From the human T2T-CHM13v2.0 reference genome, Homo sapiens, in assembly GCF_009914755.1 (NCBI RefSeq), contig NC_060933.1: DNA of 64,000 nucleotides, one strand, 5' to 3'. Each line of letters begins with the position of its first letter. Position 1 is the stretch's first letter. Made by a program: the position numbers and the translations under genes. A model generated the notes under the pieces. That model made no database searches. It was not told the origin of the DNA and worked only from the letters and a program-made list of their open reading frames with translations. Shown piece by piece: positions 1 through 14,018 of the stretch.

Positions 1-1469
1 GCTTCTTTCCTGGAATGGATCTGAGAATCTGGGATTGGGTGGCTAATATCTCATCTCTAGAAGGGAGAAAGAACTGGGTGGTGATGGCTTTGTATTTTCT
101 ACTGGAGTTCACTACAGAATAGGTGAATGGAATGGGCTGCTATGATCCAGACATTAGGGAGGACAGGTTTGTGATACATTAGAAGACTTGAATGAGCCCT
201 TCTATGATTCTCTCTTCCCTCTTTCTGCTTCCCTTTCTGAATCCCCATCCCCAGGTTGTGGAATTAGCAAATCTATTTTGTGAGCAATAGCAAACTTACA
301 GGAGCCCTTGGCTCCATCTATCTCCCTGTTTGTGTCAGTTCATTCTGGATGCTTTTAGTCTGTGGTCTTCATTCACTCTTTTTATGGGGAAGTAAAAGGA
401 GTGGGACAGATTATGAGAACAGCTGGGTCCTCCCAGTTGCTGGGGTGGTTATTTTAAGCTTTGTTTAATGTGTCCAGAGACCCAGATGGCATTTTAACTA
501 AGCTGCTTTATTAAATCTTGTGATAAAGCATAGTGATGTTTATTGAAAAGGCAGACACACATCAGCAACATTATGCGTGAAACTTGCCCTAAGAATTTTC
601 TATAAAACATCTGTTCTCTTTGAGCCTTTTGTGAACTCTGGAAGTTTGCTAGTTTCTATACAGACTTGAGGACAAGAAGTTGGAACCCACTTTTGGAGAT
701 GTCCAAGCATAGGTATTGGAATCATTAATCCTAACCCTCTCAGTTTTAAGGCCCCGGATACCCTTCTGTTAGACAACAGTAACATGAGCAAGCACTGTAA
801 TAACATTTAAACAAGATTATTTGGAAATAATGGACAAGAAAAATTAGTATAAATTGTTTGGGGATTTTAAAATTAAAGATAAAAAGCTAGGGCTTCAATG
901 ACCTGTGCCAGCCTATAGCCTTAAGAGTCAATTTGCAAACACTCAAGATTTGGCCAATATGCCTCTACTACTTCTACTTAACACAGTCAAAGGGAAATTT
1001 TTAGATTCTTTCATCTGATTTGACTCTCTTAGTTATGAATAAGAGGATATCTAGAATATATATGTGACTTGTTAAAATGAAAATCCACCTTCTCTGAGTC
1101 TTCAAATATCTTACATATCTTACATTTTTAGTAACATCAACTTTTGAAGTCATGTCCGTAGTTGTATGAAAAGAAAAATTTCAGGAACATTCAACCTCAA
1201 AAGTTCTTTTTCTTAGTCTGAAGTCGTAGAAGCATTTGACTTTTACTTTCTCTTTTTAAGTTTGTACTAGTAGGTATTTTGTATAAATATAATATTTAAT
1301 TATTGCCTTTGTATTCTTTTTCTCTAGTAAACATCCTGGTTTTTAGCTATCAATATGTAGTTTTACATTTAGGGATTTCTAATGGAAAGAGAAAGGAATC
1401 TGAAATCAGAGGACAAGAGTTTATTCTACTTGACCAAACACATACGAAATACTGGAAGGAGAGTTTTAC

Positions 1470-2240
1470 AACAAATATTTAATATCTATGACATGTAAAA
1501 AGGTTTTCCAAATCAAGAAAATTCAAACAATTCAATACAAATATCATCAATAATAACACATGAACAGGTGGCCAACCTTATTAATAACCAGAGAAATATA
1601 AATTAAAACAATCCATCAACTTGTAAAAAAGATGAAATTACCCAGAGTTGGTGTAGGTGATGGAAAATTGTCATGTTTGTATACTGTTCATAGAAGTTAA
1701 ATTGACATAACTTTTTGGTCAGGCAATTTGGAAGTATATATCTAAATTAATAGAGTAGTTTTCTAATAACCTGGGAATCTCTTAATCTAAGAATCTTTAC
1801 TGTAGATTTTTCTAGAACAAATGTACAAACATCTATGTACAAGGGTACTCACTGCAGCATTTTGCTAAGGAAAAACTCAGAAAAAATCTATATGTTCAAC
1901 AGAGAACAGGTACATAATTTATGACACAACTGCACAATATACACCACTAAAATAAAGGATATAAATTTATATGTAGTATGAAAAAGATGTGAATGATAGC
2001 TTGTTGGTGAAAAACAGCAATGACTGGAATATTGTGTGTAATGTAATCCTGCTTTTCTGTATATAATGTAGGCATAGAAAATAGGATTGAAAGGACATAC
2101 TCTAGTCAACAGTGGATATAGCTTGGGTGGAGGGGGTGTATAATGGGGAAGGAGAGTCCCTTTTCCTATCTATTCCATATACATCTCTGGTTTTAAAAGA
2201 TCATACATGCATATGCATTACCTTCAAAATTAAAATGATA
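1470..2240 (+). mobile_element. Old L1M (L1ME-like) ORF2-end/3' fragment
   Basis: A-rich degenerate L1 motifs (ataaccagagaaatataaattaaaacaat; ggcaatttggaagtatatatc; atgtacaagggtactcactgcagcatt). Boundaries approximate. Confidence 0.6.
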
Positions 2241-3956
2241 AAGACAAAAGGAGAAGCTTTGGATTTGAATCATGATACTACTGTTTGCAACTTATATGAC
2301 CATGGGGAAGTCGCCTAGCCTCCTGGGGTTTATTTCCTCATTTATAAAAATAGGGAAAGTAATAATACTTGTCTACATATCTTCTAGGGTTGTTGGGAGG
2401 ATTGAATGTGATAATGGGTTACAGCATTATGAATTATTTATTCATATAACACAATTATTATAAAAATATTTTGCTCTGATTAAAATAAAAGAAGGACGAG
2501 ATCATGTGTGTTTTTGTCCCAGTAGCTTTACTAACCAGAAAGCGCCTGCTGATGTGGTGATCACAGTTGCTTTGGTGCAGCTTCCTCTTGACTTTTGGCA
2601 TTTCTCCATGCTGCTAGCTAAGGCTGAGGTGGCGACTGTTGAAGGTGTGAGCTCCTCCCCCTCCCGGCACACATTTGTATGCGTACTCACACTCATGCAC
2701 ACAGAAACACACACATGCACACTCTATCACAGTACATGAGGTGGCAGCAGCTGCTCCGGCATAGACTTTCACACAACATAAAGGACTTTTTTGGTGTGGT
2801 CTGTGCATTATTTCCTGTTAAGCATGAGCTGAGTCAGTGCCCTGCTTTTCCATCTGAAACCTTTCTGAGGCTCAGGCTGTGTTAAGAGCAAACCCTCTCC
2901 CCTCCATGCCCACCCCATGGCCCTCTACTGAAGCCAGATCTTAATCTGCTCATTTCATGAGGATTTTCAAATCGAATGGACTGGGCCATGTGAGAGATTA
3001 CTGAAAGGAACAGACCAAGCAGGGGCTAAGAGACTCCACGCTAATCTGCTGAGTCGTCTGAAAATGCACAGCTGTGGGAGCTCACGGGGCTTTAAAGTAC
3101 TTTGGCAGGATGTTTGTTCAGGGGGCCTGTTCCTGCATCCCTGCTGAATGTTTGGTTAGGAGGCATAATCTTTTTTTGGACAGGATCTCCCAAATGTAAA
3201 GTGATAGATGCTAATGTGGAATATAATACAGAAGATCCAGCTTGGATGTCATAAATAACAATAAATTGTTTAATCTTGCTGAGCTGTAAATCTATGATTG
3301 CCAGAGGTCTTTGGTTCACTGGAACATAGTATGGGGGCAGGGGCACTTAGCAAATAGGCAGTTATTATTTTCCAACCAGACAGAAACTGGTCTGATGGAA
3401 TTTATCTAAAAAGGCATACACATGTATTTTAATTAATTGTGACAATTACTCAGAGAAAACACATGGCCCTAAAGAGGCTGAGGGGCTTTTTTGTTCTACC
3501 TATAAATGTATATGTATATTCACCTATATTCTACCTATGTATAAGTAAGAGAATGAGTTTTTGTTTTGGGGATATATATTTATACGTATCTATACAGATA
3601 GATATACACATACTTAATTTCTGTCTACCTATTAAGGTGCAGTGCCAGATGGAAAGTATTTTTAAGCATTTAGATAGTTTATTCTATAGCATATGTGTGC
3701 ATATAGCCCCCCCATAAAGCTTTGTCTCTTTTCTGGATATATTTAACAAGAGGCTAGAACAGAGTCCAAAATGTCAGAAATGTTTGAACATTCCATAGAA
3801 ATGAAGGAGGTGTTTCCAAATGACCTATGTTTCTATGGCAATAAATAGAACTTGTGCTGCGTTGGATGGGTCAGGAGTAAGGAATATAAACAGTGTAAGT
3901 ATGACTATTCCAGGCAGAAATCTACCTTGTAAGAACAGCTTTGTGCAGTGAGCTCA

Positions 3957-4020
3957 ACAACATTGATCAGTTAGCAGTCCGGTTCAGTACAACATTGATC
4001 AGGTAGCAAGCCGGTTCGGC
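3957..4020. repeat. 32-bp tandem duplication (2 copies)
   Basis: acaacattgatcagttagcagtccggttcagt followed by acaacattgatcaggtagcaagccggttcggc. Confidence 0.9.
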
Positions 4021-4220
4021 AGTGCCAGTCGGAGACACAGATGGGGACAATCAAAGAAGATGCAGGTCAGGACAAGGATGCAGACATGTACCTGTCACTA
4101 CCATGGACTTCAGCAGCTTCTTAGTGAGCAGGTTTATGATTAAAGAAGAAAGACATCGTTGATATGTAAGCATGTTACAATTAATTTGCTGTTTAGTTAT
4201 TAGCAAACTACATCCAGTTT

Positions 4221-4538
4221 TTAGTTTTTAGGGTTTTTTTTTCTTTTTTCTTTTTTGAAACAGGTTCTTGTTCTGTCATCCAGGCTGGAGTGCAGTCGTT
4301 ATCCAAGCTCACCACAGCCTTAAACTCCTGGGCTCAGTGGATCCTCCCACCTCAGCTTCCCAAGAAGCTGGGACTACAGGTGCACGCCACCATGGCCAGC
4401 TAATTTTTCTTATTTTTTTGTAGAGATGAGGTCTTGCTGTATTGCCCAGGCTGCTCTTGAGCTCCTGGCTTCAAGCCATCCTCCTGTCTTGGTTTCCCAA
4501 AGTGCTGGGACTATAGGTGTGACTCACCATGCCTGGCC
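4221..4538 (-). mobile_element. AluJ
   Basis: Dimeric antisense Alu with poly-T. TSD tacatccagttt at 4209-4220 and 4539-4550. Confidence 0.93.
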
Positions 4539-6603
4539 TACATCCAGTTTAATTTATACTACAGTGTGGGTTTAGTCCTCAAACATGTTTTTGTTTTACA
4601 TATAAAAATTTGAGGTAAAAGAACATTTTTACATTGGTCAATAATGGTACATTTAAACAATGGACGACTATATCCATTAAAATCATGTTGTGGAAGAATA
4701 TTCAGTGACATGGAAAGATTGACTCAAGGGCAAGTGAAACGTGTCAAGAGTCTGTTAGGTACTAGACACTGTAAACTGGGTCTTGGCTGTGCTACTTGCT
4801 TACATCCTCCATCATGTGATCTTTTAGATAACAAAATCGAGATACATAGGGATTTGGGATCTTGCGCAAAGTCACCCAGGCAGTAGGTGGCAAAGTCAAT
4901 TCTTACATTCTTTCCCATCGAACACCAAAATCTCAGCTTACCTCAGGGCACTCAACTCTGCTTTCTTGACCCACACCCAGGTAGACCCAATGGACACTTG
5001 TAGCTCTTATCCAGCTGGGGTGGTCACCTCATAAAATGGCAACAAGTGGGGCCCTTTCTTGTTCTAGTGAGTCAGACTGTATACCTTAAAGATTTCAGAG
5101 CACTTCCTATGTACTGAAATAGCCTCATTACCAGGAAGGACATACTTCCAATTTTCACCACCTCCATTTTGCATCCAAGGAAGATTAGATTTCTTGATCT
5201 TCTCAATGAAATCTTGAGAAATGGGTGGGCCGATTGAAGAACAAGACTTGGGCCACACTTCTAGATGCCTGTGACTTTTCGGCACTTATTCAGATATTAG
5301 GAATTGATTATGAAATCCATGGTGGTTTGATGCTCATGAACTCTCATCCATCTCTCCAGCATGTGTGTAAAGACTTCCAGAGGTACAGGACGTTGAGGAT
5401 GAGCTCTCTTACTTCCATCTGGTCTCCATGTAACAAATCATATAACTGCACAATTATCCAAATGCAAATGAAGGAGTCCCTTGATGTTTGGATAACCACA
5501 TTCATGCCTTGAGTTTGTTATTTCTTGAAATTGCCCTTATCCGTCACCTGTTTACCCATGGACAACACTACTTAAGGGCTGGCACTCTGCAACCCATGGC
5601 AGCTTGGCTTTGGGGTTCCTTCCAGTGTTTTGTTTTTGTTTTTAACCGAGAAGACAGGAAACAGGCATCTTTGTGTATATGGCTTGCCACAGCCCTTCGT
5701 AGATGGACATGGTGGAGGCTGTGTGGTCCTGGAGAACACTTCCTCTGTGTAGCATCAGGGAAGTTTCTGTTCATTGTGTCTTCACTCTCTCCAATTCACT
5801 TGGGGAGTGATAGGGATTATAACACAGTGAGCAGAGGATATTGGGGAATGTCATGCTTAATTTTCTTTTCTTTTTTTTTCTTAAATGACATTTAAAGCTA
5901 AAAGAGAATCACAAAGGGTAAGTCTGATTTAAGACATTTCACACATGAAAGAAATCCTGCTTTCATGCGTGTTATGTCACAGGAGAAACTCATTTAGAGT
6001 CAACATTCTGCACCTACTCCGAAATTTTAGCCTGAGGGTTTAAATATTACCTCGCTGCTCTCTAGGACTTTAATTTGAGCTAATTAGAAATGGAACTCAT
6101 ACTAAAACTAGTTTAGGAAAGAAGCTGTTGATGTTCTGAAGAAAAACAGCTGTCAGAAATAAGATCATTAAAAAACCATAGTTGTATATGGCACAAAATG
6201 TAAAGGAATAGAAATGCTGGGAGAAAGCTTTTATAGAATGACATTTTATCTTTCTTTGGACACTGGTCTAAGGCATGTGAAAGGGCATATTGATTCCCTT
6301 GGCACCTGGTATGCTCATTTATGGATGAAAAAGCCCAATGACATAATTTAGGTGAGGTTTAAGGCTTGATGGGAGGCATTGGTGCCATTAGAAGGACGGA
6401 CACAAAGAGTTCTTAAGTAACAGCATCATGGGAAATGATAATTGCACACTCCTTTCTACTATGTCTTGGTTTCCCCAAGCATTTAGAAGTCATGGCTAGG
6501 TAGGAACAAATTTATCATGAGTCTGTCTGTGTGTTTGGGAATGCATATGCCTCACAGATGTGTCTGCAGGGGTCTGTGTGATAATGTTCATATATGTGAT
6601 AGA

Positions 6604-6651
6604 TGTGGACCCTGGGATCTGTATCTGTGTGGACCCTGGGATCTGTACATG
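6604..6651. repeat. 24-bp tandem duplication
   Basis: tgtggaccctgggatctgtatctg followed by tgtggaccctgggatctgtacatg. Confidence 0.9.
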
Positions 6652-7419
6652 TGTGTGAGTGACAGTGGACTAGGGTCCACTTTGCCCCCTTTTCCGCGTG
6701 GGAGTTGAAGGAAATGCCCCTTAATGGCAGTAGCATCCACTTGGGTGTGTGCACCTTCTGGAGGACTGGGTGAGGTTGCCCTTCTTCCAGCCAAACCCAG
6801 ACCCTATGGTGTGGGACGTTCAGCGGGGAGCAACAGAATGCCATGGCTTGGTCCTCCCTGGGCTGTGGCCTGGATTTCACTCAGGAATGAAAGTCAGATA
6901 TTGCCTGCTTCAATGCTGTAAACATAACTAAGGATAATTATGTAAGTAGACCATCTTTTCCTTGCAAGGTAGCGGTCTGCTGCATTGACAGAGGGTAGTA
7001 TTTCTAGGACTTTTTCAGAGAGTAAAATGGTACTTTAAGGGATAATCTGCTATCTAAAGATGAATTTTAAATGTTGGAGGGGGTTGTGGGATTTGGGGAA
7101 GACAATAGAATAATTTGTGTCATGGTTAATTTAACAAAGAGTTTTTGTTTATAGAATCTGATCTTCGGTGGATTTTAACAACCCTCTTCTTTCTTGGCTT
7201 TTCAGATAAAGATGCAGAGCCTCAGAGAAGTTAAATGATTGATCCTATGTCAGGGGATAGAGTCAAGACTCATACCTATGCCTTTTAACTTCAAGTTGAG
7301 TGCTTTTTCTTTATACAAAAGGGCTTTCAAACGTTATATTTCTTTTTATCAATGACTAGATCTTGAAAGCCATACCTTTTCTGATGGCATTTATCCTGAG
7401 CTAATTGGTAGAGAGAGGG

Positions 7420-7696
7420 TGAACAGAAGAGAAGACATAGACACGCAGAGAAGAAGACGTGAAAACAGAGGCAGAGACTGGAGTGATGTGAACACAAGCT
7501 CGGAAATATGTGGAGGCAACAGAAACTGGAAGAGGCAAGGGAGGATCCTCCCCTAGAGCCTTTCGATGAGGCAGACCCTCACTGACACCTTGATTTTGAA
7601 CTTCTGGCCTCCAGAACTGTAAGGGAATAAATTTTAATTGCTTTTAGCCACCAGGTTTATGGCAATTTGTTATAGCAGCCTTGTGAAGCTAATACA
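7420..7696 (+). mobile_element. MLT1C-like MaLR LTR, 3' half
   Basis: gaggcagagactggagtgatg...cttctggcctccagaactgt...aataaa...ctaataca LTR end. Confidence 0.85.
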
Positions 7697-7720
7697 AACT
7701 TTGTATTAGATTACAAACTT

Positions 7721-7975
7721 TGTATTCATTTCCTAGGACTCCCATAACAAATTACCACATATTTGGTGGTTTAAAATCACAGAAATTTATTCTCTCACAG
7801 TTCTGGAGACCAGAAGTCAAAATCAAGGTATCGGCATGGCCACACTCTGTAGATGCTCTAGGGAGAATCTGCTCCCTGCCTCTTCCAGCTTCTGGCAGCA
7901 GAATACATTCCTTGGCTTCCCGGGTGTGGCTGCATCACTCCAATCTTTGCATCTGTCTTCATATCTCCTCTTCTT
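7721..7975 (-). mobile_element. MLT1C-like MaLR LTR, 3' half (inverted)
   Basis: tgtatt...aacaaattaccac...tttattctctcacagttctggag...ctgcatcactccaatctttgc. Confidence 0.85.
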
Positions 7976-8920
7976 TGTGTCTATTCTAGTAAGGACAAAG
8001 TGCTGCATCTTCCGTGATGGAAGTGGCCCAAATTAACCAATCTACCACCAGGTAGCTGGCTGATCATTTGGGGAATGGTACCATAAGGAGACTCAGTGTT
8101 GGCCCCTGCTGCTGGTAGAGTAGGCACTCTGCAGTGGCCATAGCCAGGTCAGCCTTGGTGAGTGAATGTCCATGTTGTTGAGCCCATGCATAGCCTTCAT
8201 CCCTGCCATCACGGCCATGGTATTACAGCATTCTTGCATTGCTATAAAGAAATACCTGAGGCTGGGTAATTTACAAAGAAAAGAAGTTTCCTTAGCTCAT
8301 GGTTCTGAAGGCTGTACAAGCCTGGTGCCAGCATCTCCTTGGCTTCTGGTGAGGCCTCAGGAGCTTTTACACATGGCGGATGACAAAGTGGGAGCAGGCA
8401 TATCACACAGCAAGAGTGGGAGCAAGAGAACAAAAGAGAAGGTGCCACATACTTTTAAACAAGCAGATCTCATGTAAACTCAGAGCGAGAACACACTTAT
8501 CGTCAAGGGCATGGTGCTAGACCATTCATGAGGGACTCGCCCCCATGATCCAAACACCTCTCACTGGGCCCCACCGCTAACACTGAGGATTACATTTCAA
8601 TATGAGATTTGGAGGAGACAAACATCTAAACCATATCAGCCACTTGGCTCATGAGCCCATTGGACAATGACAGGAATGGCTGGGGGAAAGCCACTCATTG
8701 ACATCCACAGAACTGGTCATCCTATTATTAAAATCCTCCTCTGCCTAGGTCACCATTTGGTGAGTGTCCATAAGGGACACAAATATCTTCACAATTTTCC
8801 ATGTCTTACCTTAGAAGCCCCATCACCCTCTCTTTCACATCTCCTCCAGTACTTATCCCCCAGATGATAGGACCATGTCCAGCAATACCTCTTCTCTCTG
8901 GTATTGATGGGTTAATGAGC
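7976..8920 (-). mobile_element. ERVL internal (pol/integrase) fragment interrupted by an MSTB LTR
   Basis: The minus strand reads as degenerate ERVL integrase (YAWAQQHG..LTKADLA.ATAEC...QQQ...YGTIP...PATWW...GPLPS...FVLT.IDT). Confidence 0.8.
8219..8638 (-). mobile_element. MSTB solo LTR
   Basis: gtattacagcattcttgcattgctataaagaaatacctgag...aaaccatatca, with approximate 5-bp TSD gccat/gccac. Confidence 0.88.
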
Positions 8921-9249
8921 AGATCTCACATAGGTAAAATTTCCAGATATCTAGAATTTAATCTTCTGGTAATTCTCCAATTATAACTTAAGTATTTCAG
9001 GTTGAAACTTTATTCAAGTGTAATTACTCACTTTAACCTTCTTAAACAGAATGTATATTACCTTTTCAAAAATAACTGAAATTTAATAAGATAAAAATGT
9101 ATCTATAATTGTTCCTACTTAATAACTTTACATGTTTATTTCTGCATTTTTCTAAGTCCTTGCCCCAAAGTGGACATAATTTTATACTGTAATAGCATAA
9201 AATAATTTTGCATTTGACATTTTTGATTTGGCATTAAACTATAGTTTAT

Positions 9250-9745
9250 GTTTCTTTCGCTACTGCTTAAGAAAATGTGGGTGGTTGTAATAAATAAACC
9301 TGAAATGTAGGCAATTTTTATTGCCTTAAAAACAATAGAATGTTATTTCTCACTCACACCATAGTCCAATGAGGATGTCCCTGGTGGGCAAAGACTCTTG
9401 TCTACCAAATGGGATGGGGACCCAGTTTCCTTCCCTCTTGTGACTCTGGCATTGCCTAGAGCCACATGATTACCTGTACTGAATCTGTAGAAAGAGAAAT
9501 AAGCAGTGTAGAGATGATATGTTTGTTTTCTGATATCCTCAGCCTAGAAGAAACACACATTACTTCTGTTCTCATTCTCATACTAGTTTATCACCCATTG
9601 TCCAAATGCACCATGTGGCCACACCTAGATGCAAGGGTGGGTTGGAAAATGTAGCCCCTGGCTGGGCAGCTGTTCCTCAGCATTGACTCTGTGCTATGGA
9701 AGGGCTTCCTAAGTTTTTGTGGACTGCTATCCCAGTCTGTCACCA
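9250..9745 (-). mobile_element. Old MLT1 (K/L-like) LTR
   Basis: ttatttctcactcac...catgtggccacacctagatgcaaggg...ggaaaatgtagccc motifs. Confidence 0.65.
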
Positions 9746-10113
9746 CTATACAATCTTCATAATTTTCCCTTTAAATGGCTGAGAGAAAATTTTGAACAAA
9801 AGCTACAAACATTTTTCAGATTCTTGATTCTCCAGACTTATTACTTGAGGGCAGTGACTAAATTATATTCAGTTCTATATCAGAAGGTTCTTCCATATTG
9901 CCAGTTTCATGGTAGATACTCAATAAAATGAGTTGAATGACTACATAAATTTTAGCAAGAGCATATGGAAAATAATTTATCATGACCTTGGGTAATACTA
10001 TAGGTGTAATTATTGTCCTTTCTCTTTCCTGACTTGATTAATAGCACCACTATCCATTAAGTTATTAAAGGTAGAAAGCTGAGATTATTCTTGACTCCTT
10101 TTCTCACTGGTCC

Positions 10114-10943
10114 AGTATTAGTTATTTATTGCAGTGTAAGAAATTACCATGAAACTTAGTGGCTTAGTTGGGGCTTGATGGGGGCTGGAGGATCCACTGC
10201 AAGATGGCTCAGTCACTTGGCTGGCAAGGTGGTGCTGGCTGTTAGCCTCCCATCTGATCCTCCTCTTTCCGCTCCTGCCACTCTTCAAGGTATTTTTTCC
10301 AGAGCAGCCGTTCATCATTCATTTATTTTTTCCCATTAATTAATTCAACAGATATTTATTGTATACTTACCATATGCCAGATTTGTTCTAGGTTCTTGGA
10401 ATATAGCAGTGAAAAAGAAAACAGTCCTTGGATCTTATATACAGTGGGGAAATAAACATATAATGTAGAAAATTAGATGGTAATATGTGTGAGCACATAT
10501 ATTTATTATTTCTCATCATTTCTATGAGACAGGAGATGGGTATTCTGGCTTGGGGACTCACATGAGGTCACAGTTACATGTTGGTATTGGTTTGGTCATA
10601 TGAAGTCTTGGTGGGGGCTGGAGGATCCACTGTGAGATGGCTCAGTCCCTTGGCTGGAAAGTTGGTGCTGGCTGTTGTTGGCAGGCCTTGCTCCCTCTTC
10701 ACAGGGCTTCTTGAGTGTCTTCATGACATGGCGGCTGGTCTCTCCCAAAATAAGCTGTCCAAGAGAGCAGGGGAGAAGTGTCCATGCCATTTATGGCCTC
10801 ACCATGGAAGTCACACACAATCACTTCTGCAATATATACTGATTACCCAGATCTGCATCGTTCAGTGTGGGAGGGGACCACAAAAAGGCAAAAATGCCAA
10901 AAGGCAAGGACGATTGGGGCCATTTTGGAGGCTATTTACCACA
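10114..10943 (-). mobile_element. MLT1 (F/H-like) LTR containing a ~325-bp templated insertion
   Basis: gtattagttatttattgc...aaacttagtggctta [insert] ...gggctggaggatccac...ggccattttggaggctatttaccaca. Inserted within an L2. Confidence 0.8.
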
Positions 10944-11164
10944 GCCCCTCTCTTCAATATTCCAGTCCACCTGCATATTCTGTTCATCCTCCTTCCAAAA
11001 ATGTATCTCAAACCAAATGACTAATTTTCATTTCTGTTGGCTTTAGCCTAGTCCAAGACTCTATCAACACTCGACTTGAAGAGTCTCCCATCTGATATTC
11101 CTCTTTCTGCTCTTGCCCCCCTTCAAGGTATTTCTCCCAGAGAATCCATTCATCATACTTTCAT

Positions 11165-11770
11165 TATTCTCCATTCATTAATTCAACAAATATTTATTGT
11201 ACACTTACCACATGCCAGATTTATTTTAAGTTCTTGGGATATAGCAGTGAAAAAAAGTCCTTGGGCTTTACATACAGTGGGAAAATAAATAATATGGAAA
11301 ATGTTAAAGACAATATATGTGATCCAGAAAATTATAGCAGGGTGAAGGAAATAGGAAACAATAGAAAAGTTAGGGACTTCTGGCCATAGTATTATATAGG
11401 GCTGTCAAGGGTGCTATCTCTGATTAGCTTACATTGAAACAGAAACCCAAAAGACAGTAGAGGGCAGGTATGTTAATATCTGGGCAAGTATTCTAAGCAG
11501 AGGAAAAAGAAAATGCAAGGGCCCTGAGGCCGGATCATGTTTGGTATGTTTGAGGAATAGCTGTTCTGTTCCGTTGTGGCTGGAACAGAAGAAGGAGGGC
11601 GGGAGGGCGATGGAGAATGGTACATGATGGAGGTCAGATTATGTAGGGCCTTGTAGACTACAATGAAGACTTTGGCTTTGTTTTGGGTTGGTGAGGGACA
11701 AGGAAAGCTATTGGAATGTTTTAGTGACTTGATGTGACTTACTTTTTAATAGGACCATTTGGGCTGCTCA
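11165..11770 (-). mobile_element. L2 3' end, antisense
   Basis: cattcattaattcaacaaatatttattg...tgcaagggccctgagg...gtagggccttgtagac...gactttggcttt. Confidence 0.8.
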
Positions 11771-12071
11771 GCCCATGATGTTTAAAAATGCAATCAGGTC
11801 ACTTCCACTGTTTAAAACCTTTCAATGGATTCTGGTTGTACTTAGAATAAAATCTAAGCTCCCTTAGCTATTATTATTATATTATTATTAAAATTGACAT
11901 CCTTTATTCTCTATTATAGCAGTCTAATTCCTTCCTAATATGTACCTCACTAGTAACTATTATTATTATTGCTTATTTGTTTATAATCTGTCTCCTCTGC
12001 TTGAAAATATGTAGCCTGGGGATCTTGTGGATTTCCATACTAAATCATCCCAAGGCCACTTTGCTTTTGAG

Positions 12072-12072
<1 letters not shown>

Positions 12073-12122
<50 letters not shown>
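12073..12122. repeat. (TG)n microsatellite
   Basis: About 25 uninterrupted TG units. Confidence 0.98.
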
Positions 12123-12126
<4 letters not shown>

Positions 12127-12264
12127 GATCTCTTCTGTATCTTTTTTTCCCCTGATCTCGCTGATTGTTATATTTGGTCAGTGACGGACCTCTAGCAATG
12201 ATGGTGCCAGGGCAACTTTGTTGTTGAACTGTATGTTAAAGTTTGTTTTGGCTTGTCGGTTATA

Positions 12265-13068
<804 letters not shown>

Positions 13069-13799
13069 GATTGGATGATATTGAATCCAATTTTAAAACA
13101 AGGTGTAGCAATAAATGTTCTTCAGCGCTGTGTTGCTGACTTTTTAGAAAGTCAGTTTTGTAGCTCTGGAAAGAATCTGGCTGCATCCATGGATGACCTC
13201 CAGATCTCTGCTTAGCATGACTGGGTAATTTCTCCAATGTCTCCAGCACATGCTGTCACTTAACAGCAGAAAGAGAATTCCTACTTTCAGGAGAAAAGTC
13301 ATTCCTGAAGATTACAGTTAAAATATGCCCACAGGTGATGAGGTTGTACTAAATCAGTCCCCTTGCTCTCTGAGCTTGTTCTAAGTTACAGGAAGCAGAA
13401 GAAGCAGAGAAGCACTCCATTTCTTTTTTCTTGTAATCTCTAGCATGTCCACATGCATAGTTTCTGAGTCAGTAGCAAACTAAGAACTTCCTGTGTGATT
13501 CAAGCTAACCCCTCGATTATCAGAAGCAGATGTTTCAAACTACTGAAGATCAATGAGGCATATCCTATTTACAGGTTAATAATTGACTACTAGATGCAGG
13601 TGCACCAAATGGTCTTAGAGACATTAGATAGGAGAGACAATGTCAGTGCTCCCCCTACCCTGCCTCCCCTAATCTAAAGCCTACTCTGTTTCTTTTATCA
13701 AGTGATTGGCTGTATGTTAACAGAGCCTGGGGCACTTTCCTGTTGAAATGCCTTTAATCCCAAGCAACTGGATTGATTTTTTTTTTTTGGATGGTTTAG

Positions 13800-14018
<219 letters not shown>

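Noticed and set aside
3957-4020. 32-bp direct repeats superficially like CRISPR repeats
   Set aside because: Two adjacent copies with no spacer in a primate intron; a simple tandem duplication.
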